Under the pieces are notes generated by a model that was not told the origin of the DNA, made no database searches, and saw nothing but the letters and a program-made list of their open reading frames with translations. Position numbers and translations under genes: made by a program. Shown piece by piece: positions 35,412-47,689 of a stretch of 64,000 nucleotides of DNA; position 1 is the stretch's first letter, and every line of letters begins with the position of its first letter. Source of the stretch: Macrostomum lignano (Eukaryota); the NCBI GenBank assembly GCA_002269645.1, contig NIVC01000568.1, positions 436,039-500,038 on the forward strand, given 5' to 3'.

Positions 35412-36374
35412 CTGCAAAACATCGGCATCAACAATGCCAGCATCGGGTTCTCCACCCTCACCATGGAGTCGGATCGGTTCATCTGCATCCGAGAGAAAGT
35501 TGGCGAAACCGCCAAGTAGTGATTGTGGACATGAACGATCACAATAATCCTACTAGGCGGCCAATATCGGCCGATAGTGCCATCATGAATCCCGTTAGCA
35601 AAGTGATCGCGCTGAAGGCCGGCAAGAGTTTGCAAATATTCAACATCGAATTGAAATCGAAAATCAAATCGCACGCCATGACCGAAGAGGTCACCTTCTG
35701 GCGTTGGATTACTGTCAATACTATCGCTTTAGTGACGGAGACGGCCGCTTATCATTGGAGTCTGGAGGGCGATTCGACTCCAGTGAAGATGTTCGATAGG
35801 CATGCCTCGCTGTCCGGCTGTCAGATAATTAACTATAGGTGCGACAATAGCCAGAAATGGCTGCTAATCATAGGCATATCGGCCCAGCAGAATCGCGTGG
35901 CTGGAGCTATGCAGCTGTATAGCGTCGAGCGCCGCGTCTCCCAGCCAATAGAAGGCCACGCCGGCGTGTTTATGGAATTCCGCGTCGAAGCCAATGCCCA
36001 GCCGTCTAATCTGTTCTGCTTCGCCAATAGAGGCCTGCAGGGAGCCAAGCTGCACATTATTGAAGTTGGCCAGCCACCGTCTGGCAATCAGCCCTATCCG
36101 AAGAAGCAGGTAGATCTGTTCTTCCCACCCGAGGCCACTTCGGATTTTCCCGTTGCTATGCAAGCCTCTTCTAAGCACGGCGTTATCTACATGGTCACTA
36201 AGTACGGCTATATTCACCTGTATGACTTGGACACGGCCACCTGTCTCTATATGAACCGGATCAGTAGCGAGACTATTTTTGTCACCGTACCGCACGAAGC
36301 CAGCGGCGGTATAATGGGCGTTAATAGGAAAGGCCAAGTGCTCAGTGTCAGCATGGATGAGGACAATGTTATCG
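35412..36374 (+). CDS. CLTC: Clathrin heavy chain, exon 2 (terminal beta-propeller); 1-bp deletion near 35513
   Basis: Encodes [28 protein letters not shown] and [13 protein letters not shown]...[10 protein letters not shown]. Acceptor cccag|CTG, donor G|GTTAGT. Confidence 0.95.
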
Positions 36375-36439
36375 GTTAGTTTGAATCTGTTTTTAAACTG
36401 TTTAGCTCTTTAGGCATTCGAGTGGTTGGCGGTAATTTT

Positions 36440-36770
36440 ATAATAAAACAGTTTTTTGCGACGGTCACCTTAAGCTCAAAGAGTCGGGCTGAGGGGGTTT
36501 GCGGCAGTTTCAATGAAGATGTTTGATTTGCGGCAGTTTCAATGAAGATGTTTGATTTGCGGCGGTCACTTCAAAGAGTCGGGCTAGGGGGGGGTTGGCG
36601 GCAGTTTTATCGAGACTGATCTGTCGGCGGTCACTTCAAAGAGTCGGGCTAAGGGAGTTGGCGGCAGTTTCAATGAAGATGCTTGATCTGTTTGCGGTCA
36701 CTTTAAAGAGTTCGGACTGAGGGGGGGGGGGTTGCGGCGGTTTCAATAAAGATGTTTGATCCGTTGGTTG
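36440..36770. repeat. Degenerate tandem repeat in CHC intron 2
   Basis: Recurrent CGGTCACTT(C/T)AAAGAGTCGGGCT...GGGGG and GCAGTTTCAATGAAGATGTTTGAT blocks. Confidence 0.8.
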
Positions 36771-36823
36771 TGACTTCAAATTAATCTAGCTAATTAACCT
36801 AACACCTGGCACTCTCACTTTAG

Positions 36824-37338
36824 GCTACGTGACCAACAATCTGCAAAATCCCGATTTGGCCCTGAAGCTGGCTTCGCGCAACAACCTTCAAGGCGCGGAC
36901 GATCTGTTCCTGCGCAAATTCAACGCCCTGTTCCAGCAGGGCAACTACTCCGAAGCGGCCAAAGTGGCCGCCAGCGCGCCAAAGGGTATCCTGCGTACGC
37001 CGCAAACTATTCAGCGATTTCAGCAGGTGCCAGTGCAGCCTGGCACTACTTCGCCAATGCTGCAGTACTTCACCATCCTGTTAGACCAGGGCCAGCTGAA
37101 CAAATACGAGAGCCTGGAGCTGTGCCGACCAGTGCTGCAGCAGGGTCGCAAACAGGTTGTTGAGAAATGGTTGAAAGAGGACAAGCTGGAATGCTCTGAG
37201 GAGCTTGGCGACCTGGTGAAACAGACTGATCCAACACTGGCTCTGAGCGTCTACCTGAGAGCCAATGTGCCCCACAAGGTCATTCAGTGCTTTGCCGAGA
37301 CTGGGCAGTTCCAGAAGATTGTGCTCTACGCCAAGAAG
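36824..37338 (+). CDS. CLTC: Clathrin heavy chain, exon 3
   Basis: Encodes [21 protein letters not shown]...[10 protein letters not shown]. Acceptor tttag|GC, donor AAG|GTGAGA. Confidence 0.95.
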
Positions 37339-37454
37339 GTGAGACTAACAGTTGGTCTTGAGGCTTATGGCCAATTTAGGGTCTGTTAATAGGTCAGGCT
37401 CGGTCTTAAGGTCATGATTTGGGCCCTTGTTGGTTGCTTCTCACATGTAGGTTA

Positions 37455-38925
37455 TAAATGGGCCTAATGAGTCATGCGCTGGGTCAAGTATCAAATCTTA
37501 AAATGAGTCTGCCACTGGGTCAAAAATCGAGCTCTAAAGTGGGTCATGCGCTGGGTCAAGTATCAAGTCTTAAAATGAGTCTGCCACTGGGTTAAGGATC
37601 GAGCTGTAAAGTAGGTCGGGCACTGGGTCATGGATCAAGTCGAAAAATGGGTCGGGCACTGCAAGGATCGAGCTTTAAAGTGGGTCAGGCACTGGGTCAA
37701 GGATCGAGCTCTAAAGTGGGTCGGGCACTGGGTCATGGATCAAGTCGTAAAATGGGTCGGGCACAGGATCAAAGATCCGATTTAAAATGGGTCAGCCACT
37801 GGGTTAAGGATCGAGCTCTAAAGTGGGTCGGGCACTGGGTCAAGGATCGAGCTCTAAAGTGGGTCGGGCACTGGGTCATGGATCAAGTCGTAAAATGGGT
37901 CGGGCACAGGATCAAAGATCCGATTTAAAATGGGTCAGCCACTGGGTTAAGGATCAAGCTCTAAAGTGGGTCGGGCACTGGGTCAAGGATCGAGCTCTAA
38001 AGTGGGTTAGCCATTGGGTCAAGGATCGAGCTCTAAAGTGGGTCAGCCATTGGGTCAAGGATCGAGCTCTAAAGTGGGTCAGCCATTGGGTCAAGGATCG
38101 AGCTCTAAAGTGGGTCGGGCACTGGGTCATGGATCAAGTCGTAAAATGGGTCGGGCACAGGATCAAAGATCCGATTTAAAATGGGTCAGCCACTGGGTTA
38201 AGGATCAAGCTCTAAAGTGGGTCGGGCACTGGGTCAAGGATCGAGCTCTAAAGTGGGTTAGCCATTGGGTCAAGGATCGAGCTCTAAAGTGGGTCAGCCA
38301 TTGGGTCAAGGATCGAGCTCTAAAGTGGGTCAGCCATTGGGTCAAGGATCGAGCTCTAAAGTGGGTTAGCCATTGGGTCAAGGATCGAGCTCTAAAGTGG
38401 GTCAATCAAGGATCGAGCTCTAAAGTGGGTCAGCCATTGGGTCAAGGATCGAGCTCTAAAGTGGGTCGGGCACTGGATCAAGGATCGAGCTCTAAAGTGG
38501 GTCGGGGTCAAGGATCGAGCTCTAAAGTGGGTCATGGGTCAAGGATCGAGCTCTAAAGTGGGTTAGCCAAAGGATCGAGCTCGTGGGTCGGGCAGGATCA
38601 AGGATCGAGCTCTAAAGTGGGTCAGATTTCAAATCGATGTGGGTTAGCCATTGGGTCAAGGATCGAGCTCTAAAGTGGGTCGGGCACTGGATCAAGGATC
38701 GAGCTCTAAAGTGGGTCAGCCATTGGGTCAAGGATCGAGCTCTAAAGTGGGTCAGCCATTGGGTCAAGGATCGAGCTCTAAAGTGGGTCAGCCATTGGGT
38801 CAAGGATCGAGCTCTAAAGTGGGTCAGCCATTGGGTCAAGGATCGAGCTCTAAAGTGGGTCGGGCACTGGATCAAGGATCGAGCTCTAAAGTAGGTCGAG
38901 CACTGGGTCAAGGATCAAGTCCTAA
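37455..38925. repeat. 36-bp minisatellite with higher-order blocks in CHC intron 3
   Basis: Unit GGGTCAAGGATCGAGCTCTAAAGTGGGTCAGCCATT. A variant block GGATCAAGTCGTAAAATGGG...GATCCGATTTAAAATGG recurs near 37738, 37881 and 38131. Confidence 0.95.
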
Positions 38926-39189
38926 TTGGGCAAGGCTCAAAGATCTGATTCGAGTCCTCAATGAACCGGGTACTGTGGTGTCAGGAAACAGCCTTAGCCG
39001 GCTCAAGAGTAAAGCTCTGGATGGGTCACGCAGTGTGACAAGATTCGACATTAGCTGGTTTAAGAATCCAACTCTGAAAAGAACCGAGGAAAAAGAATGG
39101 AGCCTTTGATTTTAAGTTAATGAATTTTGAACGGCAGCTTTGGCCTTCGATTAGCAACATTATTTTCCCCATTCCCCCCTTCTTAACAG

Positions 39190-39708
39190 GTCGGCTATTC
39201 GCCCGACTACATCTTCCTGCTGCGCAACCTGATGCGCATCAACCACGAGCAGGGCCTGCAGTTCGCCCAGATGCTGGTCCAAGACGACGAACCGCTGGCC
39301 GATATCAGCCTCATTGTTGACGTCTTCATGGAGCAGAATCTAGTGCAACAGTGCACCAGCTTCTTGCTAGACGCTCTGAAGAACAATCGGCCTAGCGAGG
39401 GTCACCTGCAGACTCGCCTGCTAGAGATGAACCTCATGTCCGCGCCTCAGGTGGCCGACGCCATCCTTGGCAACCAGATGTTCTCGCACTACGACAAGGC
39501 TCACGTTGCCAGCCTGTGCGAGAAGGCTGGCCTGTTGCAGCGGGCGCTGGAGCACTACACGGACCTGTACGACATCAAGCGGGCCGTGGTGCACACCCAC
39601 ATGCTCAACCCGGAGTGGCTGGTCAACTACTTTGGCAATCTGAGCGTTGACGACTCGCTTGAATGCTTGAAAGCTATGCTGCAGGCTAATATTAGACAGA
39701 ATCTGCAG
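39190..39708 (+). CDS. CLTC: Clathrin heavy chain, exon 4
   Basis: Encodes [16 protein letters not shown]...QANIRQNLQ with canonical AG/GT boundaries. Confidence 0.95.
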
Positions 39709-40107
39709 GTAAATATGTCATCGTGTTCGCTGTGGTGCTACTGACCAGTCAGTAGTATGATCTCTTCTCCCTCCCGACCTATAGGCTCATTTATCTGCTT
39801 ATCGTTCGCGCCATTCCAAGCAAACTCTGCGGCCCTGTCGCTTCTCTGTCCCCATTTTATTGCCCCACCTTATCGCTCGCCCCTTGGCTGGGGAGAGGTT
39901 TTTGTCGCCATGTACATTATCTGCCACGCTGACTGATGTACACTGTGCCTGCACTGATATCACGTGACTCTTCTAAAATCGATTTTGCAAATTTAGTTTG
40001 CCCTAGGCAAAAAATAGTTACCACTTTCTGTGCTTGCTACTGAATGGAAAGTAGTTAAAACGATAACTAAAAATAGACTAATCCCTCATCCTCCCACTAT
40101 TACCCAG

Positions 40108-40485
40108 GTGTGCGTACAAATCGCCTCGAAATACCACGAGCAGCTTGGCGCCGCCGCCCTAATCGAGATATTCGAACAATTCAAAAGTTACGAGGGCCTG
40201 TTCTACTTCCTTGGCAGTATTGTGAACTTTAGCCAGGACCCGGAGGTGCACTTCAAGTACATCCAGGCCGCCTGCAAGACCTCCCAGTTCAAAGAGGTCG
40301 AACGCATCGTTCGCGAGTCCAGCGTCTACGAGGCCGAGCGGGTAAAGAACTTTCTGAAGGAGGCCAAGCTGACCGACCAGCTGCCGCTCATCATCGTGTG
40401 CGACCGGTTCGACTTTGTGCACGACCTGGTGCTCTACCTGTACCGCAACAGTCTGCAAAAGTACATTGAGATCTACGTGCAAAAG
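40108..40485 (+). CDS. CLTC: Clathrin heavy chain, exon 5
   Basis: Encodes [14 protein letters not shown]...KYIEIYVQK with canonical boundaries. Confidence 0.95.
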
Positions 40486-40549
40486 GTGGGCTATCGAATG
40501 GTTCTAAGAATCGCTCTTTAGCTGTAAATTAACTTCCGAAGTCATTCAT

Positions 40550-41195
40550 TTCTTTTTGAGAGTCGCTCTCCATCTCCTCTTGAGAATCGCCCTCCATCTC
40601 CCCTTGAGAATCGCCCTTCATCTCCCCTTGAGAATCGCCCTCCATCTCCCCTTGAGAATCGCCCTTCATCTCCCCTTGAGAATCGCCCTTCATCTCCCCT
40701 TGAGAATCGCCCTTCATCTCCCCTTGAGAATCGTCTTCAATCTCCCCTTGAGAATCGCCCTTCATCTCCCCTTGAGAATCGCCCTCCATCTCACCTTGAG
40801 AATCGCCCTTCATCTCCCCTTGAGAATCGCCCTTCATCTCCCCTTGAGAATCGCCCTTCATCTCCCCTTGAGAATCGCCCTCCATCTCCCCTTGAGAATC
40901 GCCCTTCATCTCCCCTTGAGAATCGCCCTCCATCTCCCCTTGAGAATCGCCCTCCATCTCCCCTTGAGAATCGCCCTTCATCTCCCCTTGAGAATCGCCC
41001 TTCATCTCCCCTTGAGAATCGCCCTTTATCTCCCCTTGAGAATCGCCCTTTATCTCCCCTTGAGAATCGTCTTCAATCTCCCCTGGAGAATCGCCCCCAT
41101 CTTCCTTTAGAATATCCTCTATATTTTCCTTGAGAATCATCCTCTATCTCACCTTAAGAATCGTCCTCTATTTCACCTTGAGAATAATCTCCATA
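40550..41195. repeat. 24-bp minisatellite in CHC intron 5
   Basis: Unit GAGAATCGCCCTTCATCTCCCCTT. Confidence 0.95.
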
Positions 41196-41217
41196 ATTCT
41201 CACAATACCTGTCGCAG

Positions 41218-41717
41218 GTGAACCCAAGCCGTCTTCCGGTAGTAGTGGGCGGCCTACTGGACGTCGACTGCGCCGAAGACGTGATCAAGCAGCTCATCCT
41301 GGTTGTTCGCGGCCAATTCTCAACGGACGAACTCGTTGCCGAAGTGGAGAAGCGCAACCGATTGAAACTGCTGCTACCCTGGCTGGAGCACCGGGTGCAT
41401 GAGGGCTCGGAGGAGCCGGCCACGCACAATGCCCTGGCCAAGATCTACATCGACGCTAATAACAATCCGGAGCGGTTCCTCAGGGAGAACCGGTTCTACG
41501 ATTCCCGGGTGATTGGCAAGTACACTGAGAAGCGCGACCCTCACCTGTCCTGTATCGCCTACGAGCGGGGCCAGTGCGACGACGACCTCATCCGAGTGTG
41601 CAACGAGAATTCTCTGTTCAAATCGCAGGCCAGGTATCTGGTTAAGCGCAAGGATGAGGCTCTGTGGGCCCGCGTGCTGCAGAGGACAACGTCTATCGGA
41701 GGCAGCTGATTGATCAG
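41218..41717 (+). CDS. CLTC: Clathrin heavy chain, exon 6; 1-bp deletion near 41681
   Basis: Encodes [18 protein letters not shown]...EALWARVL; the shifted frame then gives [12 protein letters not shown] before the donor CAG|GTCTGT. Confidence 0.93.
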
Positions 41718-41864
41718 GTCTGTACAGCTGTTAATGAATCGCTAATCTAATTCACACATTTAAAAAGCTAGTTTTTATTTAGGCTGAATTAATTAGCATT
41801 CGAGGTTCAGTAATGTGAAAGTAAAGGTAATTATTTCGCAAGGGGTTTTAATTATTACGTAGGA

Positions 41865-42243
41865 TAAACAGCCAAGGCTAATTGCTGTGTTAGCGAGGCT
41901 AGTTATAAATGATAAACAGCTATGGCTAATTGCTGTGTTAGCGAGGCTAATTATAAATGATAAACAGCCAAGGCTAATTGCTGTGTTAGCGAGGCTAGTT
42001 ATAAATGATAAACAGCTATGGCTAATTGCTGTGTTAGCGAGGCTAATTATAAATGATAAACAGCCAAGGCTAATTGCTGTGTTAGCGAGGCTAGTTATAA
42101 ATGATAAACAGCTATGGCTAATTGCTGTGTTAGCGAGGCTAATTATAATGATAAACAGCTATGGCTAATTGCTGTGTTAGCGAGGCTAATTATAAATGAT
42201 AAACAGCCAAGGCTAATTGCTGTGTTAGCGAGGCTAATTATAA
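41865..42243. repeat. 48-bp minisatellite (two alternating variants) in CHC intron 6
   Basis: Unit GCTAATTGCTGTGTTAGCGAGGCTA(G/A)TTATAAATGATAAACAGC(TATG/CAAG). Confidence 0.95.
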
Positions 42244-42282
42244 TCAGTCTGGATAATTAATATGTTAAAATTCCTATCCCAG

Positions 42283-42612
42283 GTGGTGCAAACCGCTCTC
42301 TCCGAGACAAACGATCCTGAGGAGATCTCCGTTAGCGTAAAATCCTTCATGGCTGCCGACCTGCCCAACGAGCTTATCGAGTTGTTGGAAAAAATTGTGC
42401 TGGACAATACGGTGTTCTCGGATCATCGCAATCTGCAGAACCTACTGATCCTCACCGCCATCAAAGCCGACCGCAATCGGGTCATGGAGTACATCACTAA
42501 GCTGGAGAACTTCGACGCACCTGAGATTGCCCAGATTGCCATCAGCAATCAGCTGTTTGAGGAGGCTTTCGCCGTATTCAAGAAATTTGAAGTTAACGAG
42601 AGCGCCATTAAG
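42283..42612 (+). CDS. CLTC: Clathrin heavy chain, exon 7
   Basis: Encodes [20 protein letters not shown]...FEVNESAIK with canonical boundaries. Confidence 0.95.
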
Positions 42613-42659
42613 GTGCGTTATTGATTGGACGATTATATTTGGATAAACTCCTAAACGAA

Positions 42660-42945
42660 TCCGCGTCCCCACAAGTGCTAATCGAGCGCATCCGCATAAC
42701 AACTAAACCCCAAATCGAATACTCGTCCCCACAGGTGCTAATCGAGCACATCCGCATCCCAACTAACCTCCCAATCAATTCCGCAGTCTCACAGGTGCTA
42801 ATCGAGCACATCCGTTATATAGCAACTAAACCCCCAGTTAAGTTCGAATCTCACAGGTGCTAATCGAGCACATCCGCATAGCAACCAAACCCGCCCCGAT
42901 AAAATTCGCTTCTCACAGGTGCTAATCGAGCACATCCGCAACCTC
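42660..42945 (+). repeat. 60-62-bp tandem repeat containing the intron 7 acceptor and the first 7 or so codons of exon 8
   Basis: CACAGGTGCTAATCGAGCACATCCG occurs with exon starts at 42735, 42795, 42857 and the true site 42919. There is a mutated copy near 42675. Confidence 0.9.
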
Positions 42946-43434
42946 GATCGAGCCTACGAATTTGCCGAGAAGTGCAACGAGCCGGCAGTGTGGTCCCAGC
43001 TAGCCAGCGCTCAACTCGAAGAAGGCTTCGTCAAAGAGGCCATTGACAGCTTCATCAAGGCCAACGATCCCAGTTGCTATGTGGACGTTGTTCGAGTTGC
43101 CGGCGAGACCGGGCACTGGGAAGACCTAGTAAAGTTCCTGCTCATGGCTCGCAAAAAGGCCAAGGAGTCCTTCATCGAGACCGAGCTGGTGTTTGCCTAC
43201 GCCAAAACCGGTCGCCTAGCGGACATGGAAGAGTACATCAACTCGCCTAATCACGCAAAAATTGCCGAAGTTGCCGATAGGTGCTTCGACCAGGAGATGT
43301 ACGAGGCCGCCAAGATTCTTTATAGCAACGTGTCTAATTACGCTAGGCTGGCCATCACCCAGGTTAAACTGGGCGAGTTCCAGAGCGCCGTCGAGTCCGC
43401 TAGGAAGGCTAATTCTACAAAAACTTGGAAAGAG
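42919..43434 (+). CDS. CLTC: Clathrin heavy chain, exon 8 (ends at a GC donor)
   Basis: Encodes [22 protein letters not shown]...[12 protein letters not shown], followed by |GCGAGT. Confidence 0.95.
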
Positions 43435-43519
43435 GCGAGTCATTGTCTACACGATGAAAATTGTTTTACATAATTCAATAGCCAGCAGCTTTTTTACTTG
43501 CTAGAAAACTCCATTTTAG

Positions 43520-44420
43520 CTGTAAGATCCCAAACAAAGCTGAAAGATCCCACACTAAGTTAAAAGATCCCAAGCTAAGCTAAAAGATCCCAAGATAAGC
43601 AAAAAGGTCCCAATAAGCTGAAAGATCCCAAACAAAGCTGAAAGATCCCAAATTAAGCTGAAAGATCCCACACTAAGTTAAAAGATCCCAAACTCAGCTA
43701 AAATATCCCAAGATAAGCAAAAAGATCCCAAGATAAGCTAAAAGATCCCAAACAAAGCTGAAAGATCCCACACTAAGTTAAAAGATCCCAAACTATGCTG
43801 AAAGATCCCAAGCTCAGCTAAAATATCCCAAACTCAGCTAAAAGATCCCAAGATAAGCAAAAAGATCCCAAGATAAGCTAAAAGATCCCAAACAAAGCTG
43901 AACGATCCCACACTAAGTTAAAAGATCCCAAACTATGCTGAAAGATCCCAAGCTCAGCTAAAATATCCCAAACTCAGCTAAAAGATCCCAAGATAAGCAA
44001 AAAGATCCCAAGATAAGCTAAAAGATCCCAAACTATGCTGAAAGATCCCAAGCTAAGCTAAAAGATCCCAAACGAAGCTGAAAGATCCCAAGATAAGCAA
44101 AAAGATCCCAAGATAAGCTAAAAGATCCCAAACTAAGCTGAAAGATCCCAAGCTCAGCTGAAAGATCCCAAACTAAGTTAAAAGATCCCAAGCTATGCTG
44201 AAAGATCCCAAGCTCAGCTGAAAGATCCCAAGCTCAGCTGAAAGATCCCAATAAGCTAAAAAGATCCCAAACTAAGTTAAAAGATCCCAAGCTATGCTGA
44301 AAGATCCCAAGCTCAGCTGAAAGATCTCAATAAGCTGAAAGATCCCAAACTAAGCTGAAAGATCCCAAACTAAGCTGAAAGATCCCAATAAGCTGAAATA
44401 TCCCAAATTAAGCTGAACGA
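43520..44420. repeat. Minisatellite of about 20 bp in CHC intron 8
   Basis: Unit AAAGATCCCAAACTAAGCTG and variants. Confidence 0.95.
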
Positions 44421-44518
44421 TTCCAAACTGTATCTCATATATCCCAGTTAATCACAATATCAACCACAACTTTTTACCATCCTATAAACTCCCCCCCCAC
44501 CTCGTCATCATTATCCAG

Positions 44519-45025
44519 GTGTGCTTCTCTTGCCTAGAGAGCCAGGAATATCGCCTAGCCCAGATCTGCGGCCTGAACATCATCATACACGCTGACGAGC
44601 TCGAGGAGCTGATCAACTTCTACCAGACCAGGGGCCTGTTCAACGAGCTCATCTCCCTGTTCGAGGCCGGCCTCGGGCTCGACCGCGCCCACATGGGATT
44701 GTTCACCGAGCTGGCCATTCTGTACAGCAAGTACCGGCCAGCCAAGCTCAAGGAGCACCTGGAGCTGTTCTGGTCCCGCATCAACATTCCCAAGGTGCTG
44801 CGCGCCGCCGAGCAGGCCCACCTGTGGTCCGAACTCGTGTTTCTATACGAGAAATATGAAGAATTCGACAATGCCATACTCACTATGATGAAGCATCCCA
44901 CCGAGGCCTGGCGAGAGTCCTTCTTTAAGGAGATGATCTCCAAGTGCGCTAATATCGAAATCTATTACAAGGCTATAAAGTTCTATCTGGACTTTAAGCC
45001 TCTGCTGCTCAATGACCTGCTGCAG
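44519..45025 (+). CDS. CLTC: Clathrin heavy chain, exon 9
   Basis: Encodes [22 protein letters not shown]...[11 protein letters not shown] with canonical boundaries. Confidence 0.95.
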
Positions 45026-45052
45026 GTGAGTCCGCCTGTAATGAATTTCATG

Positions 45053-45136
45053 TCTGTGTCTGGTTGTCTGTCTGTCTGTCTGTCTGTCTCTGTCTGTCTG
45101 TCTGTCTGTCTGTCTGTGCCTGTCTGTCTGTCTGTC

Positions 45137-45195
<59 letters not shown>

Positions 45196-45244
45196 GCCTG
45201 TCTGTCTGTCTGCCTGTCTGTCTGCCTGTCTGTCTGTCTGTCTA

Positions 45245-45330
<86 letters not shown>

Positions 45331-45452
45331 CTAGTGTCTGTCTGTCCTCCTAGTGTCTGTCTGTCTGTCCTAGTGTCTGTCTGCCTGTCTGTCTGTCTGT
45401 CGCTGTGTCTGTCTCTTTCTGTGTGTGTCTGTGTCTATCAGTCAGTCAGTCA
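45053..45452. repeat. (TCTG)n microsatellite in CHC intron 9
   Basis: Seen directly. Confidence 0.97.
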
Positions 45453-45507
45453 GTGGGTCCTCAGTGAGGACTAAGCGTGTGCCGCATGCCCAACCCAACC
45501 ATCCCAG

Positions 45508-46147
45508 GTGCTGATCCCACGCCTGGACCACACCCGCACGGTGAGCTTCTTCTCTAAGGAGGGCAAGATCGCCATGGTGAAGCCCTACCTCAAAGCGGTG
45601 CAGCAGAACAACAACAAGCACATCAACGAAGCCCTGAACAGTCTGTACATCGACGAGGAAGACTACCAGAGCCTTCGCGCCAGCATCGAGGCATTCAACA
45701 ATTTCGACAACATCGGCCTAGCGCAGAAGTGCGAAAAGCACGAGCTGCTGGAATTCAGGCGCATTGCCGCTTTCCTGTACAAGGGCAACAACCGGTTCAG
45801 CCAGAGCATCGAGCTGTGCAAGCGGGACCGGCTGTACAAGGATGCCATGCAGTTCGCTGCCGACTCTCGCGACTCCGAACTTGCCGCCGCCCTGCTGCAG
45901 TGGTTCCTCGATGAGAAGCTCACCGAGTGCTTCTGCGCCTGTCTGTACCAGTGCTACGATTTACTCAAGCCGGACAAGGTGATGGAGCTGGCCTGGCGGT
46001 ACAACCTCATGGACTATACGATGCCCTATCTGGTGCAGGTCATGGCTGAGTACCAGGCTCGGCTGGAGCGGCTCGAGCAGGCCGAGGCTGTGCGAGCTGA
46101 GAGCGACGAGAAAGCCGACAGCGGTAGCAACCCGATTGTGATGCCGA
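45508..46147 (+). CDS. CLTC: Clathrin heavy chain, exon 10
   Basis: Encodes [15 protein letters not shown]...[11 protein letters not shown]...SNPIVMP. Donor A|GTAAGT, phase 1. Confidence 0.95.
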
Positions 46148-46159
46148 GTAAGTGCGGAA

Positions 46160-47100
46160 TTCCCTTGTAGGTTACATTCCCCTGTAGGTTACATTCCCCT
46201 GTAGGTTACATTCCCCTGTAGGTTACATTCCCCTGTTAGGTTACATTCCCCTGTTAGGTTACATTCCCCTGTAGGTTACATTCCCCTGTAGGTTACATTC
46301 CCCTGTTAGGTTACATTCCCCTGTAGGTTTCATTCCCCTGTAGGTTACATTCCCCTGTTAGGTTACATTCCCCTGTAGGTTACATTCCCCTGTTAGGTTA
46401 CATTCCCCTGTAGGTTACATTCCCCTGTAGGTTACATTCCCCTGTAGGTTACATTCCCCTGTTAGGTTACATTCCCCTGTTAGGTTACATTCCCCTGTAG
46501 GTTACATTCCTCTGTAGGTTACATTCCCCCGTAGGTTACATTCCCCTGTAGGTTACATTTTCCTGTAGGTTACATTACCCTGTAGGTTACATTACCCTAT
46601 AGGTTACATTCCCTGTAGGTTACATTCCCCTGTATGTTATATTCCCCTGTACATTAAATTCCCCTGTATGTTACATTCCCCTGTAGATTAAATTCCCCTG
46701 TAGGTTACATTCCCCTGTAGGTTACATTCCCCTGTAGGTTACATTCCCCTGTATGTTACATTCCCCTGTAGATTAAATTCCCCTGTATGTTACATTCCCC
46801 TGTAGATTAAATTCCCCTGTATGTTACATTCCCCTGTAGGTTACATTCCCCTGTAGGTTACATTCCGCTGTAGATTAAATTCCCCTGTAGATTAAATTCC
46901 CCTGTATGTTACATTCCCCTGTAGATTAAATTCCCCTGTAGGTTACATTCCCCTGTAGATTAAATTCCCCTGTAGGTTAGATTCCCCTGTAGGTTACATT
47001 CCCCTGTAGGTTACATTCCCCTGTAGATTAAATTCCCCTGTAGATTAAATTCCCCTTTAGGTTACATTCCCCTGTAGATTAAATTCCCCTGTAGGTTACA
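46160..47100. repeat. 17-bp minisatellite in CHC intron 10
   Basis: Unit GTAGGTTACATTCCCCT. Confidence 0.97.
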
Positions 47101-47689
47101 GGAGTGTCCAGTCAGCGTTCTCATCTTTAGACTCCATAGATGTTTATAATCCCCATTCTCGAAAACTTTGGATTATGTCAAAACATCGATTTTATTAAAC
47201 GAATCGTTACTTATAGCACTTTTGATCGTTTATTTTAATTCAAACGATATTCGTTTACAAATTCAATGACATTAATCGTTTATCCTTGTCTGATAATCCA
47301 AGACTTGAACCAGCCGGCACTGTGCTGGGGTGCCGGTCCCCAGTTTCATCAAGGATTATCTCCTCAGATGCCTTCCTCTATGTTTAGCGGCAGCAATTCG
47401 AGTAAATAATCCAACACTGCGCCTGTGCCGGTTTTTAGTTAATTTTTATACGTTTCTATAAGGGTTTTTTTCTGGTTGGGTTCTGCTCCGTTCACAGCTT
47501 TTTTATTTATTGTAATTTTTTGTATACTACTCTTCATTCATTAGCAGCAGCAAGATTGGAGGAAAACTTGTAAAACCAAAATCCAGCAGTACGTGTTACA
47601 TAGCGAGCACGAGAGAAAAGAGGTGGCGTGGCGCCTTAGGTCCCAGACAGGCCCTGACTTTGACCTCTCTTCTTACTACTCTCTCATCG

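Noticed and set aside
37647-39109. KWVSHWVKDRAL / GQGSSSKV ORFs
   Set aside because: These are translations of the 36-bp intronic array.
40529-41140. 203-aa antisense ORF (GEMKGDSQ repeats) in CHC intron 5
   Set aside because: It is explained by a 24-bp unit that lacks stops in that frame. There is almost no unique sequence and no Gly-X-Y periodicity.
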